From positions 1 through 43,158 of the forward strand of contig JACZQV010000003.1 of assembly GCA_022545545.1 (NCBI GenBank): a stretch of DNA of 43,158 nucleotides, written 5' to 3'. The notes beneath the pieces are model-generated. The model worked only from the letters and a program-made list of their open reading frames with translations, made no database searches and was not told where the DNA came from. A program made the position numbers and the translations under genes. How positions within the stretch are numbered: position 1 is the first letter of the stretch; each line of letters opens with the position of its first letter. The DNA is from Pseudomonadota bacterium. Its GTDB lineage: Bacteria; Pseudomonadota; Alphaproteobacteria; SMXQ01. Positions 1 through 8,268 of the stretch are shown piece after piece.

Positions 1-1278
1 GACCGTCGGGGGGCGCGGCATGAACGGCGCCCCGAAACAGGTCGAGAAGGTGGCCTGGGTCTCCTTGATGCCCTTGACGGTGCCGGCGACCACGGCGGTG
101 TAGCCGGAAAGGAAGTGATACATCGCCTGTTCGGCGCTCAGCCGGCTGATCGGCGGCAACACCCCGAAGGCGTCGGCCGTCAGCATGAGGATGTTCTCCG
201 GGTGGCCGCCGATGCCTTCCTCGCTGATAAAGGGAATGAAATCGATGGGGTAGGACGCACGGGTGTTCTCGGTCAGCGAGGCGTCGTCGAAATCGATCAC
301 GCGCGTCGCCTCGTCGATGATGACGTTCTCGAGGATGGTGCCGAAGCGCCGCGTGGTGGCGTAGATCTCGGGCTCGGCCTCGGCCGAGAGGCGGATCACC
401 TTGGCGTAGCAACCGCCTTCGAAGTTGAACACGCCGTCGTCGCCCCAGCCGTGCTCGTCATCGCCGATCAGCGCCCGTGTGCCGTCGGCCGAGAGCGTCG
501 TCTTGCCGGTGCCGGACAGGCCGAAGAAGATGGCGGTGTCCCCCTTTTCGCCGATATTGGCCGAGCAGTGCATGGGCAGGACGCCCCGGGCCGGCAACAG
601 GTAGTTGAGGATGGAGAACACCGATTTCTTGATCTCGCCGGCGTAGGAACTGCCGCCGATCAGCACCAGCTTCTGGTTGAAGCTGACCTCGATGAAGACC
701 TCGGAGTTGGTGCCGTCCTTCTCGGGCTCGGCGTGGCAGCCCGGCGCCTGGATGATGGTGAACTCGGGCTCGAAGGTTTCCAGTTCCTCGTCCTTCGGGC
801 GGATGAACATGTTGGCGGCGAAGAGGCTGTGCCAGGCGGTCTCGGTGATAATGCGCACCGGCAGGCGGAACTTCGCATCGGCGCCGGCGTAGCAGTCCTG
901 AACGAACATGTCCCGGCCCTCGTAATAGGCCAGCAGACGTTCGTGCAGGCCGTCGAAATTGGCCGCCGAGGTCGACCGGTTGACCGCGCCCCACCAGATG
1001 TTGTCGTGGTGTTCGGCCTCATCGACGATGAACTTGTCCTTGGGCGCGCGTCCGGTGTGGACGCCCGTGAGCACGACCAGTGCCCCGCCCTCGGCCAGAA
1101 CCCCTTCGCGGCGGCGCACCGCCTCTTCACAGAGCGATGACGCCGTCAGGTTCCAGAATACGTTGTTGGCGTCTCGAATCCCGTGGTTCTCGACCCCGAA
1201 ACCGCTCTTTACAGGTCCTAAATGTTGCACGCTCTCATTCCCGGCGCCAAAGGCCGGGCCTCCCTTGTCAGTCGCCAT
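1..1278 (-). CDS. pckA: Phosphoenolpyruvate carboxykinase (ATP), partial; the C-terminus lies beyond the left edge of the window
   Basis: I translated the minus strand by hand. The ATG is the complement of 1276-1278 and gives [44 protein letters not shown].... It contains the P-loop [16 protein letters not shown] (about nt 490-545), then IGDDEHGW and YHFLSGYTA. The frame stays open to nt 1, so the ORF is absent from the ORF track. The 115..1140 + ORF is its antisense shadow. Confidence 0.9.
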   Translation of the reverse strand, partial: MATDKGGPAFGAGNESVQHLGPVKSGFGVENHGIRDANNVFWNLTASSLCEEAVRRREGVLAEGGALVVLTGVHTGRAPKDKFIVDEAEHHDNIWWGAVNRSTSAANFDGLHERLLAYYEGRDMFVQDCYAGADAKFRLPVRIITETAWHSLFAANMFIRPKDEELETFEPEFTIIQAPGCHAEPEKDGTNSEVFIEVSFNQKLVLIGGSSYAGEIKKSVFSILNYLLPARGVLPMHCSANIGEKGDTAIFFGLSGTGKTTLSADGTRALIGDDEHGWGDDGVFNFEGGCYAKVIRLSAEAEPEIYATTRRFGTILENVIIDEATRVIDFDDASLTENTRASYPIDFIPFISEEGIGGHPENILMLTADAFGVLPPISRLSAEQAMYHFLSGYTAVVAGTVKGIKETQATFSTCFGAPFMPRPPTV

Positions 1279-1542
1279 CCGGCGCCGGCGCCTGTCCCGC
1301 CCCGGTACTCATGGGCCTGGCGCACGACCCTGTTTTCGCGAAGATGCCCTGGTTTCCCCCCGTTTTCATGGCGCCCCGGCGTAACGCCGATGGGTCACCG
1401 CCAAGGCCGTACACGCAGCCTTGAAACATATCATATATACTTGCCGCGCCCGCTTACCAAGGGTATGAACCGCCGGGGTCCGTTGTTGCCGGAACCCGCC
1501 GGGCCCTGGTCCTGGGTCCCGCCGCTCTTGGATTTGGCGCTT

Positions 1543-2289
1543 TCAACTTATTTTCCGGTGGAAATAGCCGGCGATACCGCCGAGCGCCGTCCAGAACAGG
1601 GCGGCGGTAAAGAGCGAGGCGACGGCGAACTCGGCGGCGAGCTCGCCCGGCACCTTGCCGCCGAATTGTCCGGGATGGGGTGCGCCAACGGCATGGGGCG
1701 CCAGAAGCAAAGCCACGCCAAGGCCCTTGAGCAGCCTATGGCGTGCAAAGACGATAAGCGCCAGGCCACCGGTGGTCGAGATCACGGTCCCGATCCACCA
1801 TGTCTGGCGGGCGCCGAGATCGGCCGCCGCCATGCCGGGAAGCTCGGGCGGCAAGCCGAGCGCCGGCGCCAGGGTGAAGACGGCGAAACCCGCAAGCCCC
1901 CAGAGCACACCGCGGCCCGGGTCCACGTGCCGGCCTGAAAGGGTGACGGCCGCGACCAGGATGAGGCCGAAGCCGACGCCGGTGAGGACATTCGCGAGCA
2001 CGGTAAAGAGCGTGCGCTCTAGCCCGTCCTCGGGCGCCCAGGCGCCCTCATTCCCTTCCAGACGCTCCGCCGCGGGCCCTTCCAGACGCTCCGCCGCGGG
2101 GAGGACGAAGGAAGCACCGGAGGTGCCCGGTCGGGATGCCGGGTCCGGCGCCTCGGTTCGTGCCTCGGCGCTTTCGTAAATCTCGGCCTCCAGGATAATC
2201 GGCGTTATCCAGGCGATTTGGATGGCGGCGACGAACAACCCGGCCAACAGGCCGGCCGAAAGTCCGGTGACGAGGACGCGCCTTAACAT
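1543..2289 (-). CDS. cbtA: Cobalt transporter subunit CbtA-like membrane protein
   Basis: A 248-aa protein with an N-terminal TM helix, an acidic/Pro-rich loop and then several further TM helices. It lies directly downstream of a CbtB-like gene on the same strand. The architecture is typical of the CbtA family. Confidence 0.75.
   Translation of the reverse strand: MLRRVLVTGLSAGLLAGLFVAAIQIAWITPIILEAEIYESAEARTEAPDPASRPGTSGASFVLPAAERLEGPAAERLEGNEGAWAPEDGLERTLFTVLANVLTGVGFGLILVAAVTLSGRHVDPGRGVLWGLAGFAVFTLAPALGLPPELPGMAAADLGARQTWWIGTVISTTGGLALIVFARHRLLKGLGVALLLAPHAVGAPHPGQFGGKVPGELAAEFAVASLFTAALFWTALGGIAGYFHRKIS
2053..2100. repeat. Perfect 24-bp tandem duplication inside cbtA (CCCTTCCAGACGCTCCGCCGCGGG x2)
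   Basis: Read directly from the sequence: 2053-2076 equals 2077-2100. It is in frame and gives the duplicated peptide AAERLEGP/AAERLEGN in the CbtA loop. Confidence 0.9.
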
Positions 2290-2310
2290 GGGAACCTCGG
2301 TCAGCGGGCG

Positions 2311-2508
2311 TTAATGGCAGGGGAAGGCGAAAGCGTGGCGCGCATCGTGGGCCGCGTTGTGGAGGGTATCGGGCTGGGCGAGCCCGACACCGAACAGGAC
2401 GAAGACCCCGATCAGGGCGGCGACGACCGCCGCGCCCACCCGGCGCTGAACCGCGACTAAGCCGCCCTCGCTGCCGGAAATGGCTGGATTTCTATTCGGT
2501 TCCATCAT
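2311..2508 (-). CDS. cbtB: Cobalt transporter subunit CbtB-like small membrane protein
   Basis: A 65-aa protein with a single TM helix (AAVVAALIGVFVLFGVGLA). The C-terminal His/Cys tail HNAAHDARHAFAFPCH is characteristic of CbtB. It lies immediately upstream of cbtA. Confidence 0.8.
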   Translation of the reverse strand: MMEPNRNPAISGSEGGLVAVQRRVGAAVVAALIGVFVLFGVGLAQPDTLHNAAHDARHAFAFPCH

Positions 2509-2553
2509 CGTTGCCCTCTGAGCCTCCGCGGCTCATAAGGCGTTGAGCCCTGG

Positions 2554-2567
2554 GGCCGGTACCGGCC
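2554..2567. promoter_or_regulatory. Perfect 14-bp palindrome GGCCGGTACCGGCC in the cbtB 5' leader; possible operator or RNA hairpin
   Basis: Read directly. It lies about 45 nt upstream of the cbtB start codon. Its function is unknown. Confidence 0.2.
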
Positions 2568-2814
2568 GTTGCCTCGATCCGATCCCGTCGCCGGCGCGCG
2601 CCGTCGCGGCGATATTAGTCGTGGCGCCGAAGCCGCGTCAAGCATTGCCCCGCCCGGCCGCCGGAAATGGCCGAATAAACCCCCAAGGCCAGGAAAAAGG
2701 CAAAAAGTCGGCATGGGGCCCCTTGGGCGGGGCATCAAAGCGCCATGGTAATTTGTCCCCACCTTTCCTAAACTGGAGGCAAAATTCGACCGATGTCCTC
2801 AGGGAGAGAACCAG

Positions 2815-3513
2815 ATGCGCCGGACCATCGCCTTGGTCGATGACGACCAGAATATCCTTACCTCGGTTTCCATGGCCCTGGAAGCGGAAGGGTACAGCGT
2901 TCGCACCTACACCACCGGCGCCGAAGCCCTGCGCGCCCTTACCAACCAGCCGGTGGACCTCGCCATACTGGATATCAAGATGCCGCGCATGGACGGCATG
3001 GAGTTGCTCAACCGTCTGCGCCGCCAATCCCAGATGCCGGTCATCTTTCTCACCTCCAAGGACGAGGAAATCGACGAGGTCCTCGGGTTCCGCATGGGCG
3101 CGGACGATTACATCAAGAAACCGTTTTCCCAACGCCTGCTGATCGAGCGCATCCGCGCTCTCTTGCGGCGCAGCGAAGTCACGTCCGAAGGGCCGGCCGC
3201 GCGGGACGGGAAGGGCGCCATCGCGCGCGGTGAATTGGTGATGGATCCGTTGCGCCATCTTTGTTCCTGGAGGGGCGCCCCGGTTGCCCTCACCGTAACC
3301 GAGTTCCTGATACTGCAGTCCCTGGCCGCGCGTCCGGGGCATATCAAGAGCCGCGATCAGCTCATGGACGCGGCCTATGGCGAGCACATCTACGTCGACG
3401 ACCGCACGATCGACAGCCACATCAAGAGGCTGCGCAGGAAATTCAAGGCCGTCGATGCGGAGTTCGTCCAGATCGAAACGCTTTATGGCCTCGGTTACCG
3501 CTACCGCGAATAA
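2815..3513 (+). CDS. chvI: OmpR-family two-component response regulator, ChvI-type
   Basis: The receiver domain reads [10 protein letters not shown]...[18 protein letters not shown]...[29 protein letters not shown] winged-helix output domain follows ([13 protein letters not shown]...[14 protein letters not shown]...YGLGYRY). The symbol is assigned from synteny with the chvG-hprK-EIIA-HPr genes downstream. Confidence 0.85.
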   Translation: MRRTIALVDDDQNILTSVSMALEAEGYSVRTYTTGAEALRALTNQPVDLAILDIKMPRMDGMELLNRLRRQSQMPVIFLTSKDEEIDEVLGFRMGADDYIKKPFSQRLLIERIRALLRRSEVTSEGPAARDGKGAIARGELVMDPLRHLCSWRGAPVALTVTEFLILQSLAARPGHIKSRDQLMDAAYGEHIYVDDRTIDSHIKRLRRKFKAVDAEFVQIETLYGLGYRYRE

Positions 3514-3592
3514 TGACACCGGTGGATAGTACTAGGACCTGTCATGGGAGAATGGCGCATCCGACGGCCGCTCACCTGCCGCCAGGCCCGGC

Positions 3593-5287
3593 GTGATGTT
3601 GGCGCGTAGAAAGGAGCGCGCGAGGACGCCCCTGGGGGCGGAACGGCTGCCCGGATTGTTGCCTCCGACCCGGCGCCGCCACCGCCGCTTCCGGTCGCTG
3701 ACCTGGCGCATTCTGGCGCTGAATGTACTGGCGTTGGCGATTCTCGTCGGCGGCCTTCTCTATATCGATCAGTACCAGCGCACCCTCATCGAGGCGGAGC
3801 TCGATTCCCTGACCGTTGAGGCGGAGATCTTCGCCGCCGCCATCGGCGAAGCGGCGGTGACCAGCAGTCCGGCGGAGGGCCAGGACTTCCTATCCGGTCT
3901 CGCGCGGCCGATGGTGCGCCGTCTCGCCGGCCCGGCCAAGCTGCGCGCGCGCCTGTTCGCCGACAACGGCGATCTCGTCGCCGACAGCCGCGCCCTCACC
4001 GGGCCGGGGGGCACGGTCCGGATCGAGGAATTGCCGCCGCCCCAGCTCGGCGGCAGCGTCTCCCGGCTCATCGCCGGCGTTTATGAGTGGGTGATCGAGA
4101 TTCTGCCGCGGCGCCAGCGCTACCCATACTACCGCGAGAAACTGCAACAGCGGGCCAGCGACTATGAGGAGGCGTTGGTGGCCCTTACCGGCAAGGCCGG
4201 CCGCGCCGTGCGCGCGGTTCCGGACGCGGGCCTGGTGCTTTCCGTGGCGGTACCGGTTCAGCGCTACAAGCAGGTGCTGGGCGTCTTGATGCTGTCCAAA
4301 TCGAACGCCGCCATCGAAGAGAAGCTGCGCGAATTGCGCCTCGACATCCTCAAGGTGTTCGCCATCGTCCTCGTCATCACGATCGGGCTTTCGTTCTATC
4401 TCGCCGGCACCATCGCCCGCCCGGTGAAGCGTCTCGCCGACGCCGCCGAACGGGTGCGCCACGGCCAGGGCCGCAAGGTCGCCATCCCGGATTTCTCGCA
4501 CCGTGGGGACGAGATCGGCGATCTCTCCGAAGCGCTTCGGGACATGACCGACGCCTTGTGGCAACGCATGGACGCGATGGAAAAATTCGCCGCCGACGTC
4601 GCCCATGAGATCAAGAATCCCCTGACCAGCGTGCGCAGCGCCATCGAGACCGTGGCCAGGGTGGAGGAGCCGGAGCAGCAGCGGCGCCTGATGGCCATCG
4701 TTCTCGACGACGTTGATCGCCTCGACAGGCTGATCAGCGACATCTCCGAGGCATCGAGGCTCGACGCCGAGCTGTCGCGCGCCGAGACCGAGACGGTCGA
4801 TCTCGGGCGCATGCTCGAGACCCTTCGGGACGTCCATCGCGCGACATCGGACGAGGAGGGTGCGCGCCTCGAACTGAGGCTCTCCGATCAGGAGAAACTG
4901 CAAGTTTCCGGAATCGAGGGGCGTTTGGTGCAGGTCTTCCGCAACCTGGTCAACAACGCCATCTCCTTCAGCCCTCCCGATGGTACCATCACCCTCGGGG
5001 CATGGCGCGAAGGATCGTTCGTCAGGATCACCGTCGAGGATCAGGGGCCGGGATTGATCGAGGGCAAGCTCGACGCCGTGTTCGAGCGCTTCTATTCCGA
5101 GCGCCCCAAGGGCGAGAAGTTCGGCACCCACTCGGGCCTTGGCCTCAGCATCTCCAAGCAGATCATCGAGGCCCACGGTGGCAATATTTGGGCCGAGAAC
5201 ATCTACGACGACGGCCGGATCGCCGGCGCCCGGTTCTCCATCGCCTTGCCCGTGGAGGGCGAAGATACGAATATGCGGGGGGCATAG
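3593..5287 (+). CDS. chvG: Sensor histidine kinase, ChvG/ExoS-type
   Basis: It has two TM segments flanking a periplasmic domain, then a HAMP region. The H-box is FAADVAHEIKNPLTSV, the N-box is FRNLVNNAISFSP, and the G-boxes are DQGPGL and GLGLSISKQI. It lies directly downstream of chvI. The start is GTG at 3593 (ATG at 3596 is equally possible). Confidence 0.8.
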   Translation: MMLARRKERARTPLGAERLPGLLPPTRRRHRRFRSLTWRILALNVLALAILVGGLLYIDQYQRTLIEAELDSLTVEAEIFAAAIGEAAVTSSPAEGQDFLSGLARPMVRRLAGPAKLRARLFADNGDLVADSRALTGPGGTVRIEELPPPQLGGSVSRLIAGVYEWVIEILPRRQRYPYYREKLQQRASDYEEALVALTGKAGRAVRAVPDAGLVLSVAVPVQRYKQVLGVLMLSKSNAAIEEKLRELRLDILKVFAIVLVITIGLSFYLAGTIARPVKRLADAAERVRHGQGRKVAIPDFSHRGDEIGDLSEALRDMTDALWQRMDAMEKFAADVAHEIKNPLTSVRSAIETVARVEEPEQQRRLMAIVLDDVDRLDRLISDISEASRLDAELSRAETETVDLGRMLETLRDVHRATSDEEGARLELRLSDQEKLQVSGIEGRLVQVFRNLVNNAISFSPPDGTITLGAWREGSFVRITVEDQGPGLIEGKLDAVFERFYSERPKGEKFGTHSGLGLSISKQIIEAHGGNIWAENIYDDGRIAGARFSIALPVEGEDTNMRGA

Positions 5288-5343
5288 TTGGATGGGACGG
5301 AACGGCGGCGCCGATGCCGGCTAGGGCAGCTGACAAGGTATCC

Positions 5344-5778
5344 ATGATCCAGGTCCACGGCACCTGCGTTGAACTGGAAGGCGTCGCGTGTTTGCTGCGT
5401 GGCCCGCCGGGCAGCGGCAAGTCGGACCTGGCACTCCGTCTGTTCGACCACGGCGCCCGCCTGGTGGCCGATGACCAGGTCGTGTTGAGGCGCGAAGGGG
5501 ACCGGGTGATCGCCTCCGCGCCGCCCGACTTCACCGGCGCCATCGAGGTCAGGGGCATCGGCGTCGTGGGTCTGGAAGGGGTGTCCGAGGCGCCGCTCGG
5601 ACTCGTCGTCGATCTCGTATCGGCGGAAGAGGTAGAACGCCTGCCCGAAACCGGGAATTGCGAGTATCTGGGCATCATTGTGCCGCTGATCGCGCTCGCC
5701 CCGTTCGAGGCATCGGCGGCGGCGAAGGTTCGCCTTGCGGTCCGCATCGGGACGGGGTCTATAATACCGGTGCGATGA
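5344..5778 (+). CDS. hprK: Short HPr kinase/phosphorylase-like protein (alphaproteobacterial form lacking the N-terminal domain)
   Basis: Begins MIQVHGTCVELEGVACLLRGPPGSGKSDLALRL with a Walker A motif, followed by ...IEVRGIGV.... About 144 aa from the ATG at 5344. The longer track ORF from 5002 overlaps chvG out of context. Confidence 0.8.
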   Translation: MIQVHGTCVELEGVACLLRGPPGSGKSDLALRLFDHGARLVADDQVVLRREGDRVIASAPPDFTGAIEVRGIGVVGLEGVSEAPLGLVVDLVSAEEVERLPETGNCEYLGIIVPLIALAPFEASAAAKVRLAVRIGTGSIIPVR

Positions 5779-5779
5779 A

Positions 5780-5814
5780 CTAGAGCGGTTCTTGGTAGAC
5801 AAGAACCGCTCTAA
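5780..5814. repeat. Perfect palindromic element: 14-bp arms TAGAGCGGTTCTTG / CAAGAACCGCTCTA with a 5-nt loop
   Basis: Read directly. It starts 2 nt after the hprK stop codon and lies 52 nt before the EIIA start. No U-tract follows it. A degenerate second copy is at 36051-36086. Confidence 0.85.
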
Positions 5815-5865
5815 TGGACCCGGCCTTGCGCCGGGATCCCGATTGGCAAGGAAGGGCAAGGGAAC

Positions 5866-6288
5866 ATGATTGGCATGGTGCTGGTCACGCACGGTCGGCT
5901 GGCCGAGGAATTCGTCGCCGCGCTCGAGCATGTGGTTGGTCCGCAAAAGAACATTGCTTCCATCTGTATCGGTCCCGAGGACGATATGGAGGAACACCGC
6001 AAGAAGATCCTGGCAAGCATCAACGAGGTCGATGACGGTTCCGGCGTGGCCCTGATGACCGACATGTTCGGCGGCACGCCGTCCAATCTGGCCATTTCGA
6101 TCATGGGTAAAGCGGATGTCGAGGTCGTCGCCGGGGTAAATCTTCCGATGCTGATCAAGTTCGCCAGCGTGCGGGAAACAGAACCCCTTGCCGACGCCGT
6201 CGCTTCCGCCCAGGACGCGGGCCGCAAATATATCAACGTGGCCTCCATCCTGCTGGCCAACGCCGGAGAAAAAGGGGGCGCGGATTAG
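5866..6288 (+). CDS. manX: PTS EIIA component, mannose/fructose family (PTS-Ntr-like regulatory EIIA)
   Basis: Begins MIGMVLVTHGRLAEEF with the phosphorylatable His in the VTHG motif, followed by ...LMTDMFGGTPSN.... A 140-aa protein in the conserved position between hprK and HPr. Confidence 0.85.
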   Translation: MIGMVLVTHGRLAEEFVAALEHVVGPQKNIASICIGPEDDMEEHRKKILASINEVDDGSGVALMTDMFGGTPSNLAISIMGKADVEVVAGVNLPMLIKFASVRETEPLADAVASAQDAGRKYINVASILLANAGEKGGAD

Positions 6289-6340
6289 CACCCCACCGGA
6301 GCGTCGGGGGTCGGGCGAGGCCGGGCGCGCCAAGACGAAG

Positions 6341-6613
6341 GTGCGCCAGACGGTCCGCACCGTCACCGTGGCCAACCGCCGCGGCCTTCATGCCCGCGCC
6401 GCCGCCAAGTTCGTCAAGCTCGCGGGCTCTTTCTCCGCCGAGATCACCGTCGCCAATAACGACAATGTCGTCTCCGGTCTTTCGATCATGGGGTTGATGA
6501 TGTTGGCCGCCGGCCCGGGGTGCCGCCTGAAAATCCGCGCCCGGGGGGCCGACGCGGATGACGCCGTGGCGGCGCTCGCCGATCTGATCGAGAGCAAGTT
6601 CGCCGAGGATTGA
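6341..6613 (+). CDS. ptsH: Phosphocarrier protein HPr/NPr
   Basis: About 90 aa from the in-frame GTG at 6341: VRQTVRTVTVANRRGLHARAAAKFV (His15 region) ...VSGLSIMGLMML (Ser46 region). The upstream part of track ORF 6188..6613 is low-complexity and overlaps the EIIA gene. The exact start is uncertain. Confidence 0.8.
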   Translation: MRQTVRTVTVANRRGLHARAAAKFVKLAGSFSAEITVANNDNVVSGLSIMGLMMLAAGPGCRLKIRARGADADDAVAALADLIESKFAED

Positions 6614-6791
6614 CGCGCCCCCGGAAAGGGCCGTCCGGCGCCCTCGCCCCGGCCGTGAGCGGGCCGGATTGCGTCCGCCCGCGCCGGCGCTTATATAAAA
6701 CTGGTTTTATGCTTCCTTAATCGGGGAAATGTATTCGGTTGAACATTCCATCGCATGGTCCGGTGATCCCTGGGCGCGGGGCCCGGTCCGC

Positions 6792-6814
6792 GAAAGCGCC
6801 GATGGCGCGCTTTC
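6792..6814 (+). promoter_or_regulatory. Hairpin in the ahcY 5' leader (8-bp stem GAAAGCGC/GCGCTTTC, 7-nt loop)
   Basis: Read directly. It lies about 50 nt upstream of the ahcY ATG. Its function is unknown. Confidence 0.3.
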
Positions 6815-6865
6815 CGAGGGCGGTTCTTGCCTTCCGTCGCGTCAACGGCCCGTCAGGAGACGAAG

Positions 6866-8161
<1,296 letters not shown>

Positions 8162-8268
8162 TCCGTGGTGCGATGAAACCCGGCGCTGACCGGTGGGCCT
8201 CGGCCGGGACGCGCCATGGGGCCTTGGCCGGTCTTGTTCCGGGAATCGTTCGGGCCTAAACTCGTCGC

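Noticed and set aside
115-1140. A 341-aa plus-strand ORF, together with the minus-strand ORFs 458..994 and 660..1130.
   Set aside because: They are antisense or off-frame shadows of pckA. Their composition is dominated by Arg/Gly/Ala/Pro with no recognisable motifs. The true pckA frame has textbook motifs but is missing from the track because it runs off the window edge.
2509-2814. An expected cobalamin riboswitch upstream of cbtB.
   Set aside because: The minus-strand sequence lacks GCCACUG, the GGUGAAA/AGGGAA core and a B12 box. I cannot claim a riboswitch without a covariance-model hit (see the finding on this region).
6810-6865. An SAH riboswitch upstream of ahcY, suggested by the CCGAGG...CAACGGCC resemblance.
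   Set aside because: The P1 closing strand (CUCGG), the P2/P4 hairpins and the GCGCUC pseudoknot partner are absent. The resemblance is probably fortuitous.
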